This document shows positions 23,421-36,410 of a stretch of DNA of 60,000 bases, piece after piece; within the stretch, counting starts at the first letter, position 1; each line of letters begins with the position of its first letter. A model generated the notes under the pieces. It saw only the letters and a program-made list of their open reading frames with translations. It was not told where the DNA came from and searched no databases. The stretch comes from Camelus ferus (lineage: Eukaryota): positions 66,776,001-66,836,000 of the forward strand of contig NC_045696.1 of NCBI RefSeq assembly GCF_009834535.1, read 5' to 3'. A program made the translations under genes and the position numbers.

Positions 23421-26157
23421 TTCTATAAGAAAAAAACTACAAACTTGAACTATGGACTCTTTACTCAAAGTATTTATTATGACACGGATGCCTTTCCTGT
23501 AGGAATCAGGGTACAGCACCTAATTACAACAGAAGAGAGAGAAAAATGATACTTTAACCCAAGGACAGTACTTCAAACCTTCAATAATTATTTGTGAAGA
23601 AGGAAACTTGTCAGCATGGTAAGCCTGCAATAGTCAAAAGCGGCTGGGGTTTTACAGAGCACGTGTGAAAGTCAAGAAATGTTGGGACTTTCCAAGTTGC
23701 TACAGCACAAAATCAATTAGATCATTTTAATATCAGCCACCAAAAAACTCAAAGGATGACCAGACCAGCAGGGCACACTGGTGACTTTCAGAGCACTAAT
23801 CTTTCCCAAGTTAAGTGATTTCCTTCCTTTCTTGCTCCAGATAGGTGAGAAGAATTAGCATTTGTAGAAGTTATTGAAGGTCACTAAATTAATTCACCGA
23901 ATCAATTCTCTCTTAAGTCTAAAGCTAAATTCTCAAGCAAGATAAAAGGTCACATCCATTTTAGGGTCGCTAGCCAGGCTCTAAAAGATGATTAAGCTTT
24001 CTAGGTACAGAAGGGGAGACAAGTTCTGTCCTAAATCGTACAGATGTACTCAAGCTATACGTATATATATTTTTATTTTTGTAAAGCTTCAAGTGAAGGT
24101 AAAATGGTGGACAGTGTTTAGATTCTCTCTTTGTATATTTTACTAGTCAGATACTCTTCAAAGGACTTTCTATATATCAAACTCATTTAATTCTCATAAA
24201 TTATGAGTATGATGTGTGTACTGTTATTACTCCTATCTTACAGATGAAGATGAAGACACTGAGATGCTCAATGTTGAAATCAAGATTCAAACCTGTATAT
24301 TTCTACCCCCAAATCCACACAGACACTGTGCTGTAGGGTTAGACTGTGTCTTCATTTTCATCTCCCTCCCACATATTTATCCCTCCTCCGCTGTCATGTC
24401 TGTAGCAGTCCTACAGCTCATTTACCAGACATCCCACTCTATAATTATAATAACAGCATTTTAACCACTTCCCTGGATTTAGATAGTGCCTTACTTATAA
24501 AGGGATCCAAAACAGTCCAAAGCAAATATGTATACATATGGAAAAAGATAAGATCATTTCCAATATTGTCTTTAATTTGCATTTTAAAATTTTAGAGTGC
24601 AAAAATAGTGTGATATTTAGAGACAAAAACTAAAAAATAAATATCACCTGTAAGCATAACACTCATAGAGCATTACTGTTAAAAGTTTCCATGGTCTTTC
24701 TGCTATGGTTATGTATGTATTCTGTAAGCAAAATTGGATTATATCCAATATATAATTTTTTAGTTATCATAGTACTAAGAGCATTTTCCCATGTTAAGTA
24801 TTCCTACAAGTAAAAGCACTGGGTCAAAGGTTATGAACCAAGTTACTTGACAGGTACAGAATCAAGTTAGTTTCCAAAGGGCTGAATCAAATTGCATTTG
24901 TGTGAGGATAAGAACCACAGTGTTAGAATAATGTTTTCCAACTTTACAAGCGAAAAATAATTTTTCTTATTTTAATATGAATCCTCTTGATTGAGAGCAT
25001 AATTAAACATATTTCAATGTGTTCATTAGCCCTTTGCATTTCTTCTTTGAACCACCTGTTAATGTCCTTTGCTTTCTCCTCCAATCCCTACCCTATTAGA
25101 GCAGTAGTGTTTTCCTCATTAATAAAGATATTACCCCTCTTTCAAATATGTCACATATTTTCCAAGTTTATTTATTTTTTAGTATTATATATATTGAAAG
25201 AGAAATTCTGATTAGTTTGTTACATAAAAATGACTTCTTAGCCATTTATCCTCAAACCTAGAGTTAACCACTATTAAAATATTGGCATATTCTCTTCCAA
25301 AGATATGTATTCCATACACGTCTGTGTGCTTTAAAACTGAATATATGATAATATATATTAAGGCTATATTTTATTAAATATGTATATATGTAATAAATAC
25401 ATACATATGCTTATTTTTTAAATATAACCTGTTAATATGATTACATACTCAGGTCATTATACTCAGGTATTTTTATTAAACCCTGTGTTTTTAAATTGCT
25501 ATATAGTCCTATTGAATTAAGTTAGCCATTAATTGGCATTCAATTTGTTTCTATTTTTCTTTAACAATATAATTTTAAAGCAAAAAAGTACTGTACTTTT
25601 TATTAAAATACATTATTAGAAGCTGCATTATTTGATTAAAAGATACTAAAATATTTTAAAGGCCAATAGATACTACTAAAGTGATTTCCAGATATTATAC
25701 CAGTTTATGTTTAAACCATCAACGTAAAACAGAGCTCACCCTATCACAACATCATTAGCAGCTACAATTATCTTAAATACTTTAGTATTTTAGAGTGAAA
25801 ATATACAAACAAAATGAACTTTCTCCTATTGCTATTATACATGATTTATTAAAGTGAACATACTCATCTCCATCCCCATTAACTGGTCTACTTTGGAAAG
25901 TGCATATTTTAAATCAAACCAACCTATATTTGAATATTGGTGTGCTCACTTAGCTTCTTTGAATCTTCATCTGTAAAAGCAAAGTATCACCCTATGTTAT
26001 AACATTTAACTTCCTAACCAACCCTATAGCAGTGATTTCAGTACACTTTTATTTCTCATATCTGTTGTTTTGGACATGCTACTAAATACCTTCTAAAATT
26101 CTTATTTTTTAAACACTCAATTTTCTAATATTTCAATAGATGGTCTGATTAAAACTA

Positions 26158-26436
26158 TATTTCATTCTTTTTTATGACTGAGTAGTATTCCATTATATAT
26201 ATATGTGTCTGTGTGTGTGTGTGTGTATACACACATCACAACTTCTTTAGCCAATCATCTGTCAGTGGACATTTAGGTCTTGGCAATTGTAGATAGTGCT
26301 GCTATGAACATTAGGGTGCATGTGTCTTTTCAAATTAGAGTTTTCTCTGGATATATGCCCAGGAGTGGGATTGCTGGATCATATGGTAAGTCTATTATAT
26401 ACTTCAATCAATCAATAGTGAGCTTAAAAAAAAAAA
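26158..26436. mobile_element. L1 fragment, antisense body followed by short sense 3' terminus and A tail
   Basis: ttcattctttttatgactgagtagtattccatt...gagtgggattgctggatcatatggtaagtctatt then tatacttcaat...A11. Confidence 0.8.
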
Positions 26437-27930
26437 GCCTCTATTTATTCCTCTCCTTTTTACTTACTTCCATATCCTCCAAGCAGCTGCTGCCACAGTA
26501 AGTGGTCATAGACCACACGGTCAATTGCCAGCTTGGAGGATTGAGAGAGCACTAGAATCAACAGTAGAAATCTGGGGTCCAGGTCTCAACTCTAATTTCG
26601 AGTCAGTCCTTTTTGTTAAGTGGATGGATAATCAACAAATAATCGCTCAAGCTAACTGCATAACACATCACCTTTCCTTCTGTTTCCATACTGGGACATA
26701 CTTCAGTATGGTACCAGCTTTTAAATAATTCACCCTGGCCTAAAACCATAGGGAAGTCAACCCACCTTGTCTTTAAGGATCATGTGTAAATGGTATTGTC
26801 CCAAGAGTCATGCACTCTGGGTTACATTCTGGCTCTGCCAGCAAACTGATTACATTACCTGAAGCATGGCACTTCCCTGTCCATCTTGCAGTTTTCAAAT
26901 CTGTTAATTGGACTTCATTTTGTTAGATATTTCACATCTTATACTTTTGTGATCCTAGTCTCCTTGGTGTGCATGTGTTTCTGTTTAACTATGGCCTGAA
27001 TTTTACTATTGTTGATGACAGACAACTTCCCTATCAACTTTATATCTCACATCTTTTCCCTGTGGTATCTCCTCTCTAAAGAGCCAGTAAAGGCAGTTGA
27101 TTTTCATAGACCAGTTGATTTCTATCAAGCTTTCAATCTTTCTCTCAAGCTGCAGATGTTTAGGCTTCACTTTTAGTTCCTCATTTTTTCTCTCCTCAGC
27201 AGGAGTATAGGTTGGGCATGGGATGCCTCATTCTTCCTGGAGGCTGTATTTTGAGGCAACTCAGCTTTATTTCTTACGTAAATCCTCTCCACCCTTTCCA
27301 GGAAAAAAAAAAAAAAATCCCTAGGCAAAATAAAAATGAGGTGTATTTACCTTGGAGTCCTGGATGAACTCCAGGGGAAAAAAATCGTGTTTTGTCTCTT
27401 TTAATTCAGACTCGGAAAAGAGAGTTCTAGAGTCCTTTTCTGGTTTCAACCCACTGGTCCACACTCCTCTTTAGTTATACGGTATGTCTCCCACTGGGAA
27501 ACACAGTACAGCTTCAGGAAACAGAACAGGAGAAGTCACCGGTTTGTTACTTCAGGAAGACTCCAATGATCCTATGTGTGAATCCCTCCTATGCCAGTAT
27601 GCACCTACCTTTGCATCAGGGACCACTGGGGTGGAACCAAGTCATCCTTAGAGCCCTGTTTTCACTCATACTCTTAGCTGCATGATGCATGCTTGTACTA
27701 CATCTAGATCCTAAGTATGAAAAAATGACGTATGTAAATATGGTTCGTGCGTGTGTGGGTGTGTATTTTTAAGTTCGGTTTATGCACCTTGTGACTTGCT
27801 ATGTGACCCCCTAGTAGTTGTCTAGCTTCTCTGTTACTCAGCCCCCTAAAGTACAGCAAAGGGTTGGCCAGTTCCTGAAGGATTTCTGAAGTCCTGTCTC
27901 GGCCTGACATTCTCAAATACTCCATACACA

Positions 27931-28599
27931 TTTTCTTCAATTGAATGAAAGGTTTTAAAATTCTATAGTGATTTACAGTTTTCAACAGCTTCACATATAT
28001 GATTTCATATAATCCTATAGTAACCATTTTTCCCCTACCCCTGTATTGCTCCCCCTTCCCTCTCCCCACTGGTAACCACAAGTTTGTTCTCTATATCTGT
28101 GGGGTTGCTTCTTTCTTGTTTCATTCACTAGTTTGTTGTATTTTTTATATTCCACATATAAGTTATATAACATGATATTTTTCTTTCTCTCTCTGACTTA
28201 TTTCACTTAGCATAATGCCCTCCAAGTCCATCCATGCTGCTGCAAATTGCAAAATTTCATTCTTCTCTGTGGCTGAGTTGCAGTCCATTGTGTGTAAGTA
28301 CATATGAATACATATTACATCTGTATCCATTCACCTGTCAATGCAATCGCTATCAAAATATCAATGGAATGTTTCACAGAACTGGAACAAATCATTTTAA
28401 AATTTGTATAGAAACACAAAAGACCCCAAATAGCCAAAACAACCTTGAGGAAGAACAGAATGGAAGGAATCATTCTCCCTGACTTCAGGCTACACTACAA
28501 AGCTACAGTAATCAAAAGAGCATGGTACTGGCACAAAAACAGGTACATAGTCAATGGAACAGGAAAGAGAGTCCAGAAATAAACCCACGCATTTATGGT
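27931..28599 (-). mobile_element. 5'-inverted L1: 3'UTR on minus (27931-28343) joined to ORF2 fragment on plus (28338-28599)
   Basis: Plus part translates to [67 protein letters not shown], an L1 ORF2 segment. Minus part is L1 3'UTR. TSD core ctccata at 27920-27926 and 28600-28606. Confidence 0.9.
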
Positions 28600-31329
28600 C
28601 TCCATAACTTTTAAAGGAAATTAACTATACTCTTACCATGCAACTGCTGTGACAACGTCTGCTTGGGCAGAAAAACACCACATAAAATGAAGAAAGCTGC
28701 ATTACAAAAAGAAGTCAAAATGATCAGGGAAGAGAAAGACTGAAGCCCTAGCCGGACCCAGTATAACTGACGTCCCTATCACCTCCATCAGGAGGGTGGA
28801 GGTAATTTAGAAATGACAAGCCATGGTGTTTTTCCAGAACTGGGAAAGCAGCATGTACTGGCTCCTCTCCCGGGCACAGATGTCACCAGGCTGCTGTAAT
28901 CCTCACTCTGTGACAAAAGGCCATGGCAATAAAAGTACAAATAGCTCTAAGTGTAGGGTCCAGGAGTCTTGGTCCAAAAAAATAAAAAAGACATAAAAAT
29001 AAGTGGCTTCCTGATTGTTATTTTTGTCCCAGGGGCTCTGAGTATAGAAGAAAGTAAAGTGAATGTGGAATGAGAAACCTCATTAAGGAAGGTTTGGAGG
29101 TAAACTCTGGGGGTTGCTTATCAAAAAGGAAAACCAAACCCACATACATGACAAAGTGGTGGTATTGACCCCATGAGCAATTCTAGCTTTAAAGTAGTCT
29201 ACGTTTCTGTCTAGGACAGTCTTAGTTGAGTGCTTCTACTTAAAAGAGTCCTATTAATGGGCAAAGATGGCTGCAGAGTTTGGGGATTGTATAATAAGAG
29301 CATTAGGATGTATATTACACATTACCACTTAAGAACAAATAGATCTTATATTTCCCAATGTTGCAGCTTTGCACACCCTGGCTCCTCCATTCTCTCAGAC
29401 AGACAAACACAAATGCATTCTTCCAGTCCCGTATAACTTGTTTCCTCTATTTTACTCATCATCTGCACCCACAGTCTAGCATCCCTGGATCATTTCTTAT
29501 CTTCGCAGAGCAGCCAGTTACTCTGGCTTCTAAATTCTTTACCCAATTCTAGGGATACCTGTGTTATTACAGCCTCATCTCTTTCTGTTTTAATTCTCTT
29601 TTCATGAGTCCCACACTAAAATATGAGGACCAAGGTGATGCCCACCTTAGCTCTGCACTTCCTGCAGCTTGGAAAGTGTTCAGAGTAAGCACTCAAATTC
29701 TGTTTGCCAGATGATACCTGGATTGATCCCTAAGACACATTATTCTCAATTCTCAGATAAGGAAATCAGGATACTGAGGGTTAAATGTTATATTCAAGTT
29801 CACACACAAACTATGCTTAAGGCTGCACACGTGCTCCTGTGCCACACAAGTTGCCTGTCACAGAGGAGATTACCCTCTCGCATGCCGGCGCCAATGGTGA
29901 GGGTGAATCAAGCCCCAGAGCCCATCAATTTGTTTGCAAGCTCAGTGGGAAAAATGAGAGGGCCTGTGGCCACAAATGACTCCCGAAGATATTCTTTCCC
30001 CTGGAGGAGTTTTCTCCCTCGCTTCGTGTTGGTCTCCTGAGCTTCCTACTGTTACAGACGCAATAAACTGACTTACTTCCAGCCTCCCAAGCCTGATTCC
30101 CAGCTCGATTAAAAAGTGGTGCAACCAAGTAGGTGTGCCTCTGTGACCCGAGTGGTTAGGCCAGATCTTCTGGCCCGGGGAGGCCAACGGTTTGATTTTG
30201 TAAGGAGACATTATCTGCATTGATTGTTAACTGGACAATTCTGCAACTGTCATCACAAAGAGATTAAAAAATAAGAAAAACACAAGAGGAGAGCTGCATC
30301 TAAAAACTCTGGGTAATTTCCAGCAGAGACTGACACTGACTTAAGGATTCAACGACATGTTTACAAATAAAGAGGAACTAAGTATTACAGCTTCCTAATA
30401 ATGAAGAAATCATTTCCACCAGTGGAATCCAGTGCAGTTTTTGTGTACAAGTCATGGAAAGAAATGTGGCAAACATCATACATAATTTTAAATCACACAA
30501 ACACACACACACGTGCGCGCGTGTGCACAGAAGCTATGGAGCAGCTGCCCCAACAAAAAATAAACATAAAACGGAGGCATTCTTTGTAACTCAGTTGCTG
30601 AGTGAATGAAGTCGGTGTATACTACTCCATCTTAAGTACTTATATTCTCTTCTTTAACTATTCTTTTTTATTCACCAAGTTTTGTCATTCAGATAGATTC
30701 TCTGCAAGGTAATGGGTGAGCATCTAAGTTACAGTGTCAAAGGGCCGAGTCAATGACACTGTCAGTGGTGTGTCCTGAATCTGTGAGTAAGATTATGACA
30801 AACCGGGGCACTGAATCTTCAGTCTGAGCATCTCTTTAAAAGATAACATTCACCTTCTTCTCTCCCAACTCATTCCTCAAATGGTCCATATTCTTACAAT
30901 TTTTATTTAGCAACCATAATACATTTGAGTCATGGTCAATATTTAGAAGACTGCAAAGGTAAATGAAAACTCACACATGATCCTCAAATATCAGGTCACC
31001 CCCCCTTTGATTTCCACTGTGACTCTGAGAGGAGTAGGTCAAATCTGCTTGTTGGCACATCTCACTGGGAAAATTGTCAGATTTGAGTTTTCCCTCCTCT
31101 CCTTTCCTAACTAGGGAATCTAGATGGAAAAATGAAAGTCAAGGTTAACATAAATAGTAGCTACTTAAAAGTTTGTTAATTTGATTTTAGTTTGAGATCA
31201 AATCATAGATCCATTTGGGGTACATTAATGCTAAAAGGGACATCTGAGACCATCATTTAGAGACCATTTTATTTCTTCTTACTGCACACCCCCCTACACC
31301 TGCACCATACGCTTCTGATTTTTAACACT

Positions 31330-31780
31330 AACTGAATATACTTTATTGTACAGTCTTGCAATAAGACTCAAAGAAGAATAAAACTCAGTATCTGTCCTCA
31401 GACTTCCTAATCTAGTGGAAGAGATGTATCTAAAAAATGAATATGTTTACAAAGTCAGAACGAAATGTATGTAAAAAAGTAACTAAAATAAATACTAGGT
31501 GCTAAGCTACAAGTGGCAGTTCTGAGGAAACACTAGAGGAGTGATTAATTCCCCATGGGAAGATAAGGAGTTGAATGTTTAAGGTTGAAGAAGGATTTGG
31601 GAAGAAGAGGAAGGAAACATTCCTGAATGAAAACAACAGCATGGACCAAAAGACAGAGACCTGAAATTATGTATTCAGAGTAGTATGATGGAGTTAGGGG
31701 AGCTTGGGAGGACGTGCGAGATGGGAGATGGAGCAGGAAAGATACATTGGAATAAGACCGTGGCGGACTCCAGTTACCCT
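31330..31780 (-). mobile_element. L2 fragment
   Basis: tctgtcctcagacttcctaatctagtgg...aaggaaacattcctg...aacagcatggaccaaaagacagagacctgaaa. Confidence 0.6.
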
Positions 31781-33530
31781 TATCTTTCTCATACTAAGGT
31801 AACTAAGGTAACTGAGCCTTTGTGAGTTCTGATTTAAAACTTTGCTGTAGATAAAGATGTAGGCTAGATTATCTCTTATTTCCTATGACTCTCTTTCTAA
31901 CTCCTTGGATTAAAAATGGAAAATCTTCATGTGCATTAAAAGAATATCAAAAAGACCCTAGAATATGAGGCACTGTCACCAAAGGTCAACATCAACTGCT
32001 CGTCTTCCTCTCATCCCGTCCAGAGAAGCGTGCCTGCCAGGTCTGCCCAACTGTCACAATAGTGTTTGCCCTCTGACCTTCAGCAAACAATGCACAGAAT
32101 GCCGTTCGAAACTGCTAGAAGCTGCATCCTTATTTCTTTAAAGACTGACCTGCAAGGCTAATTAGAGAGTTCAGTGCTCTGCCTACCTGGGGCTAACACA
32201 TTTAGAACTGTAAAGCAAACCAGTCCTCTGACAGATCCACAGCCATGGAGGACTCTAACTCAGCAGGGGCTGGCCTGTGTTCTCAAGATGGTCTGGGGAT
32301 TCAAACACAAGGACCCATTTCTTCATCATTATTGATTGATAAGGCTATGGGTTTCACTAGTTAGCCATCAATTCAGAATCTGCTCTTAATTCCTTTTCTC
32401 ATTATTTCCTAGGATTGTAAGTAGACACTCCCACAAGAAGGCACTCTCTTCCTGTGCCCCAGCAAGCAGATCAGGGAGAGGAGAAAGAGCTCCATCGCTT
32501 TCCTTGGAAGGAAACATAGTATTCCAAGGATAAGGGATTAAAGAGGATGCCTGACTTACAGTGATGGTAATAGGAACAGTAATTTTAAGCACTGGTAAAA
32601 ATAGAACTAGAGACTATCATATCATTAAGAAACTTTAGAAATCATAGAGCCAGAACTTTTCATTTTAGAAACAGACAATGTAAAACTCAAAGATGGAAAA
32701 TAAGCACCCCAAAGTTTTGCAACTATTTTGTGAATGTGAGGTGGCTCTCTTCATTCTTAGCGTTGCAACCTGATTCTTAGAATTGCATCCTGATTTGAGA
32801 GAATTACATTAACCATTTCACTTAACTAAAAGAAATACATGTTTACATAAGCCACCACGGCTTGTATTCTAAAGGTACCAGAATTGCAGCGCATGCACCT
32901 CATTCAACTGCTTCAAGTTCTGCTTTGAAATCTGGTAAGTTCTAGTCACTATGATGGATTTTCATAAATACATTAAGGTATCGGTAAATGTTTCTCTGTT
33001 TCTCTATGATGAAAAGTTTTCCAGTTTTAAGTTTTGGTCTTCTAAAAGTTAAAAGAAATATGAATTAAGTGATAAAGGAGAAGTTAGACACCTGTAAAAA
33101 CTGATAATAAGATGCTCCAGATACTCAAAGAAGTATAATTGGTTCCCACTTATACTGAAAATTACAAAATCTTGGAACAAAAGAACACACTCAAGCTAAT
33201 AGAAAGACAAAACTATGTGGAAACAAGAAGAAAAAAGTGACATTAGAATCCACGTAGTTATGTAGAAGGTTGTTTTTACTTTATAGTGGAAGTAAAGAAA
33301 ACAGAGCAGGGAGAATAGAATTTGGAGTTGTAAAAAGCTTATCCGCCTATTAAACTAAATCAAGTGAATTCAGCTCATGGCAAATGACTTATTAGCACAG
33401 AATTTTTAATTCTCTTTCCTTTCTGTAGAAAAACTTGCACTCAAAATGGCCAGTTGAGGGCATGGCTCTTTGATAACAGTATTTACTAACATTTGCACAG
33501 CTCTCCGTATCAACAGACTGATGTGCTATA

Positions 33531-33860
33531 GAGTCAACCTTTGGTATCCTCAGAGTACTGGTTCCAGGAACTCCCATGGATACCGAAATCCATGGATCCT
33601 CAAGTCCCTTATGTAAAATGACATAGTATTTGCATATAACCTTCACACATCCTCTCATATACATTAAATCATCTCTAGATTTGCAATAATAGCTAATACA
33701 AAGTAAATGCTATGTAAATAGTTGCTGGCATGGCAAATTCAAGGTTTGCTTTTGGGAACTTTCTGGGTCTTTTTTCCAAATATTTTTGATGCATAGGTGG
33801 TTGCATCCCTGGTTGGTTGAGTCTGAGGATGTAGAACCTGCAGATAAGGAAAACCAACTG
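33531..33860. mobile_element. MER2-family (Tigger-derived) DNA transposon fossil
   Basis: tggttccaggaactcccatggataccgaaatccatggat..tcaagtcccttatgtaaaatg; degenerate terminal inverted repeats (gagtcaacc.../...ccaactg); TA on the left flank. Confidence 0.85.
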
Positions 33861-36069
33861 TGGCTGATGCTATATTCGAGAGCATTTGCATTTATTTGGG
33901 TGGGAGAGCAGTAGCTCTAAGTCAAAAGGTGTGCCTTAAAGTCCTGGATCTGATGCTAGCTAAATCTGTAGGTTTGGCAAACACGCGAAACTCCATTTTT
34001 ACAATTATTAAATGGGGATACCACCACCTACATCACCTCACTTACAAGGTAATGATGAGAACTGTCAAATGAGACCAAGTGGAAGGGGACAAAAGGAGAT
34101 TAGAATTGCCAACAGCACATTGAGATTGCCAGATGACCGAGATGTGTACTACCTGTGGGTTCTCCTTACCACACTCCTTCTCCCAGACACACAGACGAAC
34201 ACAACTTTCCCATTTTATCTTTCATTATCTCAGCTTGAGAACCATTAGCTGACAGAATTCGGTCACAATGAAAGATGGCTGTCGAGGCATTATTGAATAT
34301 ACATGGTTCTTTTTTATCTTCTGCCACAAATGAAATCTATTTTAAAGGAAATGCTTTTTGTTCAAATAAAGGAAATTTGTCTTCACTGATTAATTAAGAG
34401 GTTGTTTTGGATTTTTTTCCACATAGCCAGTGATAGAATATGGGACATGAGACATCTATCTATGACTTAAGTGGCTGTTTGGGTTTTTTTCCCCTCATAT
34501 CCAGTGATGTTTTTCTGATCTTCAGGGATACAGCCTGGATGAACCTGTGTCCTCTTTCCCTTCTAAGATTATGCCAGTTACTTACATAATGTAATTATGG
34601 AGCTGAAGGCCAGACAACTTGGGTGGTCAGATCTGATAACCTTTGAGATTGCCCCTAACCTTGAGATTTCTATAATTAAAGAAAAAAACAACAACAAAAA
34701 TGCCCTTTCCACACAACATAGTCAACTAGCAAACAAAAGAAAACAGAAACAAAAAAACAAAAAAATTAGATGAAAAAGATGATGCAACAACATTTTCAAT
34801 ATCACTTAATATTCATATATAGTAGTTTACTGCCTAGAAAATTTTTCTTGTCTCTGTTAAATAAGGAACAAAGTTACCTCACCTACAAAAACATATGGCA
34901 GCCAGTACTGGTCTCCAACTCTCCTGAGAACAGGCTTCTGAATTTTGAGTCATAGGCTTCTAAAAGGAAACAACTTTGGCTTGGCAGCTTAACTTCTTCG
35001 TCTGAATTAACAAGATGTGTACAAAGTTAATGAAGGCAGATTCAAAGAGATCCCTGAGTCCATCAGCCTCCTTAAACACAGCCTCACTTCACAAAGGTTT
35101 CTTGGAGGCATAATGGGCTGAAGCTGTCTGAAAGATTTACTCTCTAGGGACTTTGACCTGAAAATAAGATTTACAAGGGACGTTTTTCAGGAGTAAAAGA
35201 AATGCAAGAATGAGACTCAGTGGGAGTATAGTCTGACATGATCAGAAAGGATTAAAAAATATAGTAAGTGTCTTAGCTGGTACAGTAGAAGCTTCTTTTT
35301 TCAGATCCAAACATTGTAGGGGAGAGTGCGTACAGAACACTGTACCAAGATCAAGATAACTTTTAGAGCGATTGCTTCATGTTCTGGTGGCTTCGCTTCC
35401 CAAAAAGAAAAAAAAAATATCACTGGTCTTCCTTTGGAAATCTTTTCACTGATTTATTGATCATGGAGGTGACCACCAAGTGAAAAGAGAGACCCCATTC
35501 TCTCTTTTCACCGAGGGATACATCTGCCTTCAGAAGCTCGGATAAAAGACACTAAGTGCAAAGCAATAGTATTATCTACTTATTACCCCACTTATCTGCT
35601 TATTCCTTCTTTGAAGTCCTACTTCTGTCTGCAGTATCAATCACTTCTCTGGCAGCTTGTCTTACTGCGAAGGGAAGGTCTGATCCCTGGCTTAGCCATC
35701 CAGAAGCAGCAGACTCTCGTACAAGACTAATTCGCTACACCCTTGAGGCTGCAGGTGAGAGTATCTGCTGAACGGGGGTGGCATGCGCTTACAGCACAAG
35801 TCCTGAAAACCAGGCGGAAATTCAGTTCCCCCTTCCATCAAACACGATTGTCGAGGCACTGAACTTGGCATTGAGTGAACACCAAACACATTAGAGGAAA
35901 TGTCTCGATACTTTCTCCAGGTAAATATGAGTGGCAGTTAGGCAAAATGACAATGTCAGAACAATTATTTAACATCCAAAAAAAGTCTGATAGTCTCCAG
36001 CTGGCACACACTGAATGGTGAAATACAGTTTCACGATATATTATGTACCATTAAAAAATTAAACACATC

Positions 36070-36240
36070 ACAGTGTAGTGGAAGTAATCAGAAAACCTGG
36101 ATTCTAGGCTGACTTCTTCACCAGCTGGCAGTGTAATCTCAGGCTTGTCACTTCACTCCTCTGAGCTTCTGCTTTCTTACTGGTGAAAAACCATGAACTA
36201 GTAGATGACCTCTAAAGCCCGTTCCAGCACTGACACTCTA
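36070..36240 (+). mobile_element. MIR
   Basis: tcagaaaacctggattctag...gtcacttcactcctctgagcttctgctttcttactggtgaaaaa. Confidence 0.65.
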
Positions 36241-36309
36241 AGTGTCAAAGGAGTGTTCAGTTACGAAGAAAAACAAGCTGGCTTTCCATTAAATTCAAAA
36301 TAGGTGTTC

Positions 36310-36410
36310 GGGGAGTCAGGGTCTAGCTCAGGTGGTGGAGCACATGCTGAGCATACACAAGGTACTTGGTTCAATTCTCAGTACCTCCATTAAAAATAAA
36401 TAAATAAATA
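36310..36410 (+). mobile_element. tRNA-derived SINE, camelid Vic-1-like, full length
   Basis: GGGG start, A box TAGCTCAGGTGG, B box GGTTCAATTC, (TAAA)n tail, TSD aggtgttc at 36302-36309 and 36411-36418. Confidence 0.9.

Noticed and set aside
29669..30040. 123-aa plus-strand ORF
   Set aside because: Non-ATG start, begins in MIR/L2-like sequence, no recognisable protein similarity.
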